Below the pieces are notes generated by a model. It ran no database searches. It was not told where the DNA came from and was given only the letters and a program-made list of their open reading frames with translations. This document shows, piece by piece, positions 18,856 through 27,758 of a DNA stretch of 64,000 nt. The DNA is from a virus. The stretch lies in IMG/VR virus record IMGVR_UViG_3300043403_000102, positions 1 through 64,000 of that record, one strand, 5' to 3'. Each line of letters begins with the position of its first letter. Position 1 is the stretch's first letter. The position numbers and the translations under genes were made by a program.

Positions 18856-19647
18856 TTACATCCCAGGACGGTAACCGTATGTCCCCTGCATGTGTTTATT
18901 GAACGCCGTGGGGGACATCTTGTCCACATCAACCGTACCGCCACCCGGGGTGGTAGGTGTAGGAGTAGGCAAAGACTCCCCCGGTAATGTGGAGGCTTTG
19001 GGGGCGGTGCCCGCAGGGACCGCAACCACAACGGGAGCGGCAGGGGTCACGTTGCCAAACAGATAGGGATGCGTGTTCTTCAACGTCCCGTAGAACGTCT
19101 CAGGGGTCAGCGTGTTGTCCGCCATCACGGCACGCGCGAAAAGCTGCACCGCGAGGGTCGCGCGCTCGTCGTCGGCAACCCCGGCTCGAAAGGCCGCGCT
19201 CTTGATGGCTTGCTCCATCTGGGCGTCCTTCAACCGGCGGGTGTCCTTCTTGTATTTGTTCTCGATGTCCTGGGCCCGCTTGTTGGCCTCGGCCAGTTGG
19301 CGCTCGGCCTTGCGCAGGGCAGCCGCGTGGTCGGCCGCTGCGGCGGGGGTTCCTGCCGGTGCGGCGGGCGTGGCCGCTGCAGCACTAGAGAGCTTTGCTC
19401 GCGCCTCCTCCAAGGTCATCCCCAGCGCTTCACGAGCCAGGGCATTGGAGTCCCGGCGAACGCGTTCCTTGAACGCGCTGACGGGGATTCGAATTTCCTT
19501 GGGCTTGTTTTTCTGACTCCCAGCAGCAGACACGGGCTTTGCGGCGGCAGGCACAGGGGTGCTCACCGGGGCGGGTGGCTCGGTCGGGGTTACGGGCTGA
19601 GTGGGGTCTTGCGTTGGATCGGGCATGGGATTCTCCTGGGTACTCAC
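18856..19647 (-). CDS. Capsid scaffolding protein
   Basis: Coiled coil, LKNTHPYLF, DVDKMSPTAF C-terminus; precedes the capsid gene. Confidence 0.8.
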   Translation of the reverse strand: MSTQENPMPDPTQDPTQPVTPTEPPAPVSTPVPAAAKPVSAAGSQKNKPKEIRIPVSAFKERVRRDSNALAREALGMTLEEARAKLSSAAAATPAAPAGTPAAAADHAAALRKAERQLAEANKRAQDIENKYKKDTRRLKDAQMEQAIKSAAFRAGVADDERATLAVQLFARAVMADNTLTPETFYGTLKNTHPYLFGNVTPAAPVVVAVPAGTAPKASTLPGESLPTPTPTTPGGGTVDVDKMSPTAFNKHMQGTYGYRPGM

Positions 19648-19712
19648 CGATATTTACCGCTCGGCGGGGGCGTCTTGGAGGGTGGGCGCGAGGCTTAAGT
19701 GAGGGGTAGTTT

Positions 19713-20102
19713 TTAGAGGCTGGCTTCGAGGACCGAGGCCTTGTCAGTGGCGACCGAGTAGGTCACGCTGACAGCGGTGGCGGCGTCGATAGGCGAGAAC
19801 AAGATCTTGGTCGCGCCGTCCCAGATGCACTCGCCGGTCGCTGCGACCTGAGCTCCAGAGCCGGTGATGACGCCACGACGAAGCGTCTTCACGCCCGTCA
19901 CGGTTCCCGCAGTCACGTTGACCTGGAACAACCCAGAGGGAGTCGCGGCCATCGTGGCGATGTTGGACGCCGGAACCAAGCCCGCCTCGGTGGCGGTCAT
20001 CGACTTGATGAGCTTGGTCAGGAGCTCGCCGATGGGAAGCGCATGAAGCGCGTCTTCGAGCTGGTTCAGGTTGTTGGTATTGAGAACTTGACGAACGGAC
20101 AT
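19713..20102 (-). CDS. Hypothetical head-region protein (possible decoration protein)
   Basis: AGGAGG SD, beta-rich, in head module. Confidence 0.6.
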   Translation of the reverse strand: MSVRQVLNTNNLNQLEDALHALPIGELLTKLIKSMTATEAGLVPASNIATMAATPSGLFQVNVTAGTVTGVKTLRRGVITGSGAQVAATGECIWDGATKILFSPIDAATAVSVTYSVATDKASVLEASL

Positions 20103-20154
20103 GATGGCCTCCTAGAAATTTGAAACGTCTACAAGTCTACTGAATAGGTGGGCG

Positions 20155-20550
20155 TTAAGTAACGTCCCCCGCGATCACGTATTCGAGGTCTGCGGTACCG
20201 ACGCACTTGATGCTCGTGACCTCAGAGCCCGCAGAGGGTGTCGAGAGCATGAACAACTCAGATACGGGGAAGGCCTGGTCCGTGCCCGCCGCGCTGGTCA
20301 GCTTTACAACCAGTGACCCCCCGCGAACGCGCATGACAATCACGCGTACCTTCGTGATCGTTTCTAAGGCGATCACGAAGGGCGCTAGGTCCGTGGCCCC
20401 GTTGATTGTCGGCCGTGCGCCCTTGCTGGACCCGTAAGTGCCAGTGAACGACGTGTTCAGCAGCTCGGTCAGGCTCGGGGACGAGATCGAACTTTGCGCG
20501 GGAGATCCATTGATGGACCCCGTGTGTTGCATGACCGACGGGCTGGCCAC
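20155..20550 (-). CDS. Hypothetical head-region protein
   Basis: 131 aa beta-rich ORF. Confidence 0.6.
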   Translation of the reverse strand: MASPSVMQHTGSINGSPAQSSISSPSLTELLNTSFTGTYGSSKGARPTINGATDLAPFVIALETITKVRVIVMRVRGGSLVVKLTSAAGTDQAFPVSELFMLSTPSAGSEVTSIKCVGTADLEYVIAGDVT

Positions 20551-20561
20551 GGGGGGTTACC

Positions 20562-20735
20562 TCAGCCCCCGACCGATTTGAGGCCCTTGCCAGCGAGAGG
20601 CGTCTCGCGGACCGGGTTCAGGCTCGTGCCCCAGGCGTCCGCTTCGGACTGCTTGGGCGCCGCGGGGGTCTTGGCAGGATCGCCGTGAGCGCGATCGTAT
20701 TCGTCAGTCGTCAGCTTGGGTTCGGGTTCGCTCAT
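20562..20735 (-). CDS. Small disordered protein (57 aa, below ORF-track cutoff)
   Basis: Manual translation MSEPEPKLTTDEYDRAHG...RETPLAGKGLKSVGG*; fills the gap exactly. Confidence 0.6.
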   Translation of the reverse strand: MSEPEPKLTTDEYDRAHGDPAKTPAAPKQSEADAWGTSLNPVRETPLAGKGLKSVGG

Positions 20736-20765
20736 GGGAAGGCTCCAGTTGGGAAAGGGTTAGGG

Positions 20766-21131
20766 TCAGTCGTTACCGTCGCCGGACTCGTCAGCAGCAC
20801 TCGCCGCGAGTTCTTCCTCGCTGATGAGCTCATCAGACAGGGCGCTGGCCTCCTCGGCGTGGGCCCGGAAGTCCTCGACCGCTTTGCCCAGCTTGCCGAT
20901 GTCGACGTCCGTATCCGTGTCGGCCTTCAGCAGAGCATCGATTCGGTCGGCCATCGTGGCCATGTCCGCCGACAGAGTCAGCAGGGCCTCGCCCGTGACC
21001 GTGGGCGCGGGCTCGCCGCCACCCTCGTCACCGTCAGGCTCACCGCCGCCACCGGCACCAAAGTCTTCACCGACGGGGCCTTGAGCGGCGTTGCGGGCGG
21101 CCCAGTTTTTCAAGTCTTCGGGATTCATCAT
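20766..21131 (-). CDS. Acidic hypothetical protein
   Basis: 121 aa, Asp/Glu-rich helical. Confidence 0.6.
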   Translation of the reverse strand: MMNPEDLKNWAARNAAQGPVGEDFGAGGGGEPDGDEGGGEPAPTVTGEALLTLSADMATMADRIDALLKADTDTDVDIGKLGKAVEDFRAHAEEASALSDELISEEELAASAADESGDGND

Positions 21132-21164
21132 CGGAGAGTCTCGCTTGTGAGAGGGGGAAAAGGG

Positions 21165-21335
21165 TTAGCGCTTCAAACCAGAGGCAGGCGCGGGGCCTGC
21201 CGGGGGATTCGACACGTTGATGTCGTACGTGGGGGCCGCGGGGAGGGTGCTGCCCTTGGCGGCCTGCTCGACGACGGCGTCATCGAAGTTGGCCTTGTTG
21301 TTCTTCTGCAAAGCGATCTCGCGTGGGCTGGGCAT
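21165..21335 (-). CDS. Small disordered protein (56 aa, below cutoff)
   Basis: Manual translation MPSPREIALQKNNKANFDD...PAGPAPASGLKR*; start overlaps the upstream stop (TAATG). Confidence 0.6.
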   Translation of the reverse strand: MPSPREIALQKNNKANFDDAVVEQAAKGSTLPAAPTYDINVSNPPAGPAPASGLKR

Positions 21336-21541
21336 TACCGACCTCCGGTCAGGTTCTTAAAAGGCGTCGAGTCAACGACAGGGGCGCCGCTCTCGGTGGG
21401 GTCATCCGACAACCCGCCGGACTGGATGCGCTCCATGTCCGAGGCGAACGTGTTCTGCCTCATCGGGACATAGGGGCTCGTTGGATCGGAGGGGTGCCCG
21501 TCCAGGGTTTGCGATTGAGGAGGACCTTTAGATGCAGCCAT
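21335..21541 (-). CDS. Small disordered protein
   Basis: 68 aa ending DSTPFKNLTGGR. Confidence 0.6.
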   Translation of the reverse strand: MAASKGPPQSQTLDGHPSDPTSPYVPMRQNTFASDMERIQSGGLSDDPTESGAPVVDSTPFKNLTGGR

Positions 21542-21547
21542 GATGAT

Positions 21548-21853
21548 TCACTCCTCCGCGATGTTCGCGACCAGATAGAGCAACAACGCCAGCTTATCAG
21601 GGTTTTTGATTGTTCCCAAGCGGCTCACCATATCGCTGCATTGAGCCATGTCCGGCTTCAAAGCAGAGAGCCCCTCGACCAGGGCCTCCAGCTTCGGGTT
21701 CTCCCCCAGCAAACTGACAACGGTATCCATCGACACCAGCGGCTCGGTCTGAGGGATGGCTTTGGACATCGCAAGCAACTGCCCATCATGGACCTCGTCC
21801 TCAAGACGACGTGATGCCCAATCGGCTAACGGCTCGTCTGTTGAGTTCCACAC
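21548..21853 (-). CDS. Hypothetical protein
   Basis: 101 aa ORF in operon. Confidence 0.55.
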   Translation of the reverse strand: MWNSTDEPLADWASRRLEDEVHDGQLLAMSKAIPQTEPLVSMDTVVSLLGENPKLEALVEGLSALKPDMAQCSDMVSRLGTIKNPDKLALLLYLVANIAEE

Positions 21854-21876
21854 GGTGATTGAGGTTGCTCTGAGAT

Positions 21877-22803
21877 TCAGGGCAGTGTCAAGCCCTGCGG
21901 CACTTCGGCAGTCACGTCACCAGGCCCATCATCATCGGGCCTTGTGACCGAGCTGTTCTGCCATGAGGGGGACCAAGGGATCACGACAGCACGATCATTG
22001 GGCCTGCCCGGAGGCATCATAAAAGGCGGATACCCCTTCTTTCCAGGGGGTGGCGTGTACACGAAGGGATCTCCCATGTCCCTCACTTGCCCATGCAGTC
22101 TCTTCGAGTCGTCGCCCGTTCGGTCGTCGAAAGTCTCGATGAGCTTGCGCTGGAGCTTGGGGATCTCTTCTTGAACCTTCCTCATCGTGGCGTACTGCGT
22201 GACCCCGTAACTGTGGCTGAGCTCCGTTCGAACTATGCGTTCGGCACGCCACCGCTGGGCAGCGAACACTCCGTCGGTACCCACCACGCGGTCGATGGCC
22301 TCGTCGACACCCTCGCCCGAGATGATGGACTTAGCCATCTGCATCTTGACCTGCTCGACCACGGGCTTGGTGTAGTAGGCCTCGGACTTTTTATATCGAT
22401 TCAGCAGCGCGGGGTGAACGTCTTTATAGACGCCGCGAAGGACTGCAGCCTGCTCGACCTGTAACACGGGTGCGTGTCCGACGAACTGCTTTTCCAGGGC
22501 TTTTACCGAATAAACCGTGTGATGCGCACCCAGAGCACTGGCCTGTGCCCCGGTGGAATCGAGGTGCCCGACGAGCTTATTCCCGAACTGCTGGATGCCT
22601 GCTTTGAGCTGGAGCATGACAAGGCGGGCGTGATAGGCGCTGAAGGACTCGCCCATGCCCCGCTTGACGAGGGCACGCAGCTTGGCCTCCATCTCGGCGC
22701 GCACCTCCTCGTACATGGGGGCCATCTTTCGGATCCCCCTAAGCTCAATGATGCCCTTGATCTGGGCACGCTGCAGCTTCAGGACCTTGTCGAGTGCGGT
22801 CAC
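21877..22803 (-). CDS. Mu gpF/SPP1 gp7-like minor head protein
   Basis: RAERIVRTE, DDRT..LHGQ, PPGRPNDR motifs. Confidence 0.88.
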   Translation of the reverse strand: MTALDKVLKLQRAQIKGIIELRGIRKMAPMYEEVRAEMEAKLRALVKRGMGESFSAYHARLVMLQLKAGIQQFGNKLVGHLDSTGAQASALGAHHTVYSVKALEKQFVGHAPVLQVEQAAVLRGVYKDVHPALLNRYKKSEAYYTKPVVEQVKMQMAKSIISGEGVDEAIDRVVGTDGVFAAQRWRAERIVRTELSHSYGVTQYATMRKVQEEIPKLQRKLIETFDDRTGDDSKRLHGQVRDMGDPFVYTPPPGKKGYPPFMMPPGRPNDRAVVIPWSPSWQNSSVTRPDDDGPGDVTAEVPQGLTLP

Positions 22804-23654
22804 GGTTTCAGCTCTGGCGGCTTCTTTCCGTCTTCGATGGCGTTCTCACGCTTTATGCGCGCGATGTCGCTATCGCCAATCAACACCAGGGGGAGGGGAA
22901 GTACCCCGCGAGCGAAATGAATCTTCGTGATCTTCTTTTCATCGCCCGGTTTCACCCTTTCAAAACGATGAACTTCTACATACGCCTCGCCCAACGGGCT
23001 GCGCACCCAGAAATCAGGCGTGTACAATCTGCCGTCGCCGAGATCGAATTGCTGCGGCTCGTATTTCCAGGCGCACCCGAGCACATCCAGTCTTTCGGCA
23101 AACGCCACTTCCCACGTCGAGCGCATTTTCACGCCACCGTATTTTACCCAAACGATCGGCCGCACGGCCCCCCGCTTTTTCATCGCCTCCTTAAACACCG
23201 GACCGCGAACGAACTGACGCATGCGGTCTCGGCGCGCCTCATCCGACCAAATTCGGCGCGCCACCGCCGACCTAAGCTTTTGGTACTCGGGCGTGCGCAC
23301 GCTCGCCAGGTGCCTGTCGCGGTGCTCCGGGTTCTTCCACGAGCGCTGCGATCTTGTCCTTTGAGCATCTCGCGCCCCTGGTACTGCCCACTGGCTTTTG
23401 GCGCTTTCCGAATACGCCTTCGAGGCACCCGCTTTAGAGCACGCGGGGGAGCAGTATTTTGTGACTCCTAATCGACTGGGAAACACCCGAAACTCCGCAG
23501 CGCATTCAGAGCACGCCGCATAAACAACAGGCTTTAAAGCCCCCCCGCGCTTCCCCGCGTGGCAACAAGACGGAGAGCAATACCGATAGACGTGCGAGGG
23601 CCCTCTCTTCTGCGCGACCTTCCCGCCGCAAGATACGCAAGCCGTGTAGATCAT
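22800..23654 (-). CDS. Zn-finger PD-(D/E)XK putative homing endonuclease
   Basis: Two CxxC..YCSxxC repeats; MRSTWE..WKYEP..YTPDF..YVEVH. Confidence 0.75.
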   Translation of the reverse strand: MIYTACVSCGGKVAQKRGPSHVYRYCSPSCCHAGKRGGALKPVVYAACSECAAEFRVFPSRLGVTKYCSPACSKAGASKAYSESAKSQWAVPGARDAQRTRSQRSWKNPEHRDRHLASVRTPEYQKLRSAVARRIWSDEARRDRMRQFVRGPVFKEAMKKRGAVRPIVWVKYGGVKMRSTWEVAFAERLDVLGCAWKYEPQQFDLGDGRLYTPDFWVRSPLGEAYVEVHRFERVKPGDEKKITKIHFARGVLPLPLVLIGDSDIARIKRENAIEDGKKPPELKP

Positions 23655-24082
23655 TTGGTCATCGGCGGGGGAGATTTATCGGCATCCAGGGCGTCTTCTC
23701 GCGCATGGCAGAGGTCATGGTGGCGTGCACACAAGACGTGAAGGCTGTCGAGGTCATCGCCTTTGGGCTTCTTGGCCTGGGCCTTGAGCCACTTGTCGGC
23801 CTCGGGATCTTCGGCAATCTCTTTCTTGTGTCCGGCGATGTGGTCGAGGTCGAGGTTTTCCTTCGGGGCCTTGCAGCCGGGGATCTGACAGGTCCACTTG
23901 TCCCGCTGGAACACGGCGAGGGCCAGCTTAGGGTCGAGACCTCCCTTGCCGTTGTTCTTGAGGGTGGCCCCTGCGGCCTTGGCCTCGGCTTGAATCTGCC
24001 CGACGGTGTCGAGCTTCTCGGCCAGGCGAAAGGCCGTGTTCTTGAGGTGCCTGGCTGCCCAGGGAGGAAGTACGCGCGGCAT
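23651..24082 (-). CDS. HNH endonuclease
   Basis: VFQRDKWTCQIPGC..LDLDH..LHVLCARHH. Confidence 0.8.
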   Translation of the reverse strand: MPRVLPPWAARHLKNTAFRLAEKLDTVGQIQAEAKAAGATLKNNGKGGLDPKLALAVFQRDKWTCQIPGCKAPKENLDLDHIAGHKKEIAEDPEADKWLKAQAKKPKGDDLDSLHVLCARHHDLCHAREDALDADKSPPPMTK

Positions 24083-24085
24083 GGG

Positions 24086-24589
24086 TTAGCTCCCGGCTAA
24101 AGGGGCAATCTTAACCGCCGGACGATGCGCGGCCGACGTGAAGGCCCTTGGAGAAGGCTGGTTCATCGACTGTGAGAACAAAGCATCACCGCGAAGCGCC
24201 TCGAGCGTCTCGGGGCTGGGTTGCCCATTCATCGAGTCGTAGCCGCTGTCCGCCACCAGCTCGGGGACGTTCGCCAGCATGGCCGCATAGGTGTCGACGT
24301 TCCCAGGCTTCACCAGTTCGCAGGAAGTGAACTCCTTAGGAGCTGCGGCCACTCGACGCATGGGCTGAGGATACGCGGCGGGTGCGGCGACCTGAGCCTG
24401 TCCTTGCCCCAGGGGAACTAGGACAAACCCATACTGGGGGTTCGGGACGTACCCGTACCCGGGGGGCGGCGGCGGGAGCTCGCCCGGGGAATTAACTGGT
24501 GGGGCCTGAACCGCGGCGCGCGGCTGGGGAGCGGGGGCCTTCGAGGGGCCGCGCCCGGTGTGACGTGAAGCCCAGTCTTTAAAGTCCAT
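24086..24589 (-). CDS. Hypothetical Pro-rich protein
   Basis: Start at MDFKDWAS with GGAGGA SD. Confidence 0.6.
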   Translation of the reverse strand: MDFKDWASRHTGRGPSKAPAPQPRAAVQAPPVNSPGELPPPPPGYGYVPNPQYGFVLVPLGQGQAQVAAPAAYPQPMRRVAAAPKEFTSCELVKPGNVDTYAAMLANVPELVADSGYDSMNGQPSPETLEALRGDALFSQSMNQPSPRAFTSAAHRPAVKIAPLAGS

Positions 24590-24980
24590 TGAGGGTTCCT
24601 CCGGTGATGGTGGTGACGAGCGCTTGCCAGTCTGGGGGTTCGGCCAGGTTGTCCACGTAGACGTCGGCCACGGGCTTCCCGGGGGCCTGCCAAACGACAT
24701 CAAAGAGGCTCCACAACTGCGCGGCTTTCAGGGCCGTGCGCATCTCGTTGAACCAGGCCCACTGGGTTTCGACCCGCGCGGGGACGGCCCCGTAGGACCA
24801 GAACCGCTGTTCCTCGTCGAGGAGCTGGGGCGAGTCGTCGCAGGGGTTGCATCGACATGACCACAGGATCAGCCGACACCCGGCCGTGTGGAGGGCCTTG
24901 ATGGCGGCGACCGCGGCGGGCTTGGGCACGCCGTTCGAGGCGATGGTGCCGTCGAAGTCTATGGCGAGCGTGGACATCAC
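24579..24980 (-). CDS. HAD-superfamily hydrolase-like protein
   Basis: AIDFDGTI, ILWSCR, KPVADVYVDN. Confidence 0.85.
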   Translation of the reverse strand: MMSTLAIDFDGTIASNGVPKPAAVAAIKALHTAGCRLILWSCRCNPCDDSPQLLDEEQRFWSYGAVPARVETQWAWFNEMRTALKAAQLWSLFDVVWQAPGKPVADVYVDNLAEPPDWQALVTTITGGTLNGL

Positions 24981-26635
24981 AGCGGTGCGTCCATGCCCCC
25001 GAAGCCGCCCCCGGTCATGCTGTCCATCTCGGCCTTCTGCTGCTCGGCGATCCTGGCTTCCATCCCGGCGACGTCGCGCACGTCGAACACGGGGGCCGCG
25101 CTCTTAACGGCGGTCTCCTGGTCGATGAGGCCCCCGGCCTTGGCCGCGACGATGTTGCCGATTACCTTCTGGTCGTCGTCGACGGTGGGCTGGAAGTACG
25201 GCCCCCATTGAAGCGCCAGATACCCACCGGGCCCGAGGGTCTGCTGGCCCATGGTACCGTCGGGGAGCTTGCGAGGCGGGAGCTTGAAGGCGTTCTTCAG
25301 GACGCGGGGGGCCCCCGTCGCTGCGTCGGGTTCCAGGGGAAACTCTTGGCCTAGGAGATGACGGGCCATCTTCTCGACGATGAGCAGCAACGGAATCATG
25401 CCGAGGTCGCCGTATTGGGCTCGCAGGTCGTCGGACTTCTCGAGCATGGGTGCATAGATGTATTCGATGGCCTTGGCCGACTGGGCGGCCCCCGAGATGG
25501 TTTGGGGGTCGACCATCACGCACCGAACGACGTCGAGGGTGTTCTGCTTCAACCGGTCGAAAAACTCCTGCCCGGCCTTGACGCCAGAGCCCGTGATCTC
25601 GAGAAAGTTGGCGGTGCCACCGGGGCCTACGTTAAGGGCGCCCGCGCTACCGGTGCGCACGCTGCCGCCTTGGGAGGCCATGACCTTGGGATCCACGCCC
25701 AGCACCAGCGTGGGGTCCAGGTTCGCCAGGATGGCCTGGTTGATCTGACTGATGATGCGGTCCATCGTGTCGAAGTTCTGCCAGGACCCGTGGCAGTCCG
25801 GGTGACCGTCTTCGCTCTCGGTGACGGGGAGGTTCTGAATCCAAACCCCGGGAAAGAACCCGAGGTTGTGTTCGACTTGGTCTTCGACCTCCCACTCGAA
25901 CGAGGCATCGTCTGTGAGCTGCACGGGCTTGTAGACGATGTCGTGCTCGGAGGTGATGATGCGGCGGTAGAGGAAGTCCACGATCTCGGTGCCGTCGACG
26001 TTGCCCTGCTTATCGTAGTGGTCGACCTCGACGGGGTACCGATATGACTTCAGCACCGCGGCGGGCGTGAAGGTGCGGCGGTCCTTCCACATGATCTGAA
26101 GGTGCTTGGGGTTATGGACCTCAAGGCTGAATTTCCCTTCGCGAACGTGGGCCGTGACCAGGACGGAGCCGCAGGACCCGCCGATGGTGCGGGCCTCGCG
26201 CATCTTGGCGGTGAAGCGCATCTGCTCCATAGCGGCAAGCAAGAACTGCTCGGTGTCGGGGTCACCCTCGACCGTGAGCTTGGGCTTGCGCGTCTCCCCG
26301 AACAGGAGGCCCGTGAACCTATCGACGACGGCCTTGCACAGGTGGTACGGGGCGGTGGGACGTTTGCCACGCACGCTCATGGACATGGCGGGCTGGGTAA
26401 ACCCGTTGGGTACTAAGATCTCAGGGGACACCGTTTCGAGGTTGTCCGCATTCATCCCCCACCAGTCGAGCTTCAGGTGGTTGTACTGGGTCGTGTCATA
26501 GAACGCCTGGTAGCGTTCGATTTGCTTGAAGCGCCTCGTCTCCCCAAGGACGGCGTTCGACTGCAGCACCTCGACGAGTTGGAAGTTCCGCTTGATGGGC
26601 GTTGTGGGGGCTGCCCCGCCGACGAGAGTGCTCAT
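24977..26635 (-). CDS. Portal protein (SPP1 gp6-like)
   Basis: 552 aa; HNLGFFP, SAKAIEYIY.PMLEK, LQWGPYF, IDQETAV; position before gpF. Confidence 0.9.
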   Translation of the reverse strand: MSTLVGGAAPTTPIKRNFQLVEVLQSNAVLGETRRFKQIERYQAFYDTTQYNHLKLDWWGMNADNLETVSPEILVPNGFTQPAMSMSVRGKRPTAPYHLCKAVVDRFTGLLFGETRKPKLTVEGDPDTEQFLLAAMEQMRFTAKMREARTIGGSCGSVLVTAHVREGKFSLEVHNPKHLQIMWKDRRTFTPAAVLKSYRYPVEVDHYDKQGNVDGTEIVDFLYRRIITSEHDIVYKPVQLTDDASFEWEVEDQVEHNLGFFPGVWIQNLPVTESEDGHPDCHGSWQNFDTMDRIISQINQAILANLDPTLVLGVDPKVMASQGGSVRTGSAGALNVGPGGTANFLEITGSGVKAGQEFFDRLKQNTLDVVRCVMVDPQTISGAAQSAKAIEYIYAPMLEKSDDLRAQYGDLGMIPLLLIVEKMARHLLGQEFPLEPDAATGAPRVLKNAFKLPPRKLPDGTMGQQTLGPGGYLALQWGPYFQPTVDDDQKVIGNIVAAKAGGLIDQETAVKSAAPVFDVRDVAGMEARIAEQQKAEMDSMTGGGFGGMDAPL

Positions 26636-26802
26636 GGCCTAAACAGTACCATCCCCGGGCGTGCGGGTGAGAGCCCGCGACATGCGCAGCAGCAACCAAG
26701 CCAGACAACGGTCATACCAAGACAGCCGCACCGCAGGATAGATGGGCCTGTCTGAGGGACCCTTCAAAGCACCGTCGGGGGTCGTCGTTGGGTAGGCGAA
26801 GC

Positions 26803-27180
26803 TCACCGTGACCGGCGGGCGTGCTTGGCTTTCTGTTTTTGGATCCATTTCCAAAGGTCCTCCGGGGTCTCGAACCAGGCCAGCACGTCTTCGGTCGTGA
26901 AGGCCTTGCGCAGGTAGTTGTTCCGCCAAAGGCCACGGGTCTGCTTGCGGCCGTCTTGCAAGGTAGGCAACGCATTCGGGGGCCAGTACGTGAAGCCCCC
27001 GTTGCCGAGGGCCTGGCGGTAGTCGGCAATCTTACGCCCTCGCACGGCCTCGGCCACGGCGTCCTGGTGCTGCTTGGGGTCGAAGATCGGCTGCGGGGCC
27101 GTGAGGTCTTGGCCCTGCCTTACGCGCTCGATGGTGCGGGCGAACTCGGCGGCGTCGAAAACCTTCGAGGGCTCGGGCAT
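26803..27180 (-). CDS. Hypothetical protein
   Basis: 125 aa ORF in operon. Confidence 0.55.
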   Translation of the reverse strand: MPEPSKVFDAAEFARTIERVRQGQDLTAPQPIFDPKQHQDAVAEAVRGRKIADYRQALGNGGFTYWPPNALPTLQDGRKQTRGLWRNNYLRKAFTTEDVLAWFETPEDLWKWIQKQKAKHARRSR

Positions 27181-27183
27181 GAC

Positions 27184-27474
27184 TTAGGCCCAACCCCAGT
27201 CGTCGGCCAGCATGTCGGTCTGGCTGGCCAACCAAGGGACGAAGGATCCGTCTACCGTTCGCATGATGAGGTACGGGAGGAACTTGCAGACGGTGCCCTC
27301 GGGCATGCTTGTCGCCTTCGCGGTGTTCGCGTTGATGGGGATCCCCCCGGGATAGCCCGCCTGGTAGGCCAGCCACATATTTTTCCCGTTCCACCCCTTG
27401 CGGGAAACCTGACGACCGAGCTTGAGTTGGTTCAGAGCCCAACCGAAGTCGTACACGTATTCGTTGTCGCCCAT
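27184..27474 (-). CDS. DUF2829 / Tad2-like anti-defence sponge protein
   Basis: FGWAL..LK.G..V.RKGWNGKNMW...PYL..T.DG..VPWLASQTDMLADDW. Confidence 0.85.
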   Translation of the reverse strand: MGDNEYVYDFGWALNQLKLGRQVSRKGWNGKNMWLAYQAGYPGGIPINANTAKATSMPEGTVCKFLPYLIMRTVDGSFVPWLASQTDMLADDWGWA

Positions 27475-27758
27475 CAGATCTTGCTCCTGTCGACGGTGGG
27501 GCCTTCCATCTCGCGACGGCGGGCCATGATCTCGGGCTCGGTTGAAACGCCAGGGGGAACGGCGAACATCACGCGGTACCCCGTAAGGGCCCTCACGTCG
27601 GCGTGGTACTGGGCGGCCGATGGGTCGGAGGCCTCCACGGTCACGCGCTTGAAGTCCCCGGGCTTGGCGGCCAAGTCATTGACGTCGGCCTTGATGAGAA
27701 CGACGTCGAACATCTCACTGTGCTCGGGGAAGTTGGTCGGGGTTTCTTTGGTTGTCAT
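27474..27758 (-). CDS. Hypothetical protein
   Basis: Start MTTKET coupled to the methyltransferase stop. Confidence 0.55.
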   Translation of the reverse strand: MTTKETPTNFPEHSEMFDVVLIKADVNDLAAKPGDFKRVTVEASDPSAAQYHADVRALTGYRVMFAVPPGVSTEPEIMARRREMEGPTVDRSKI

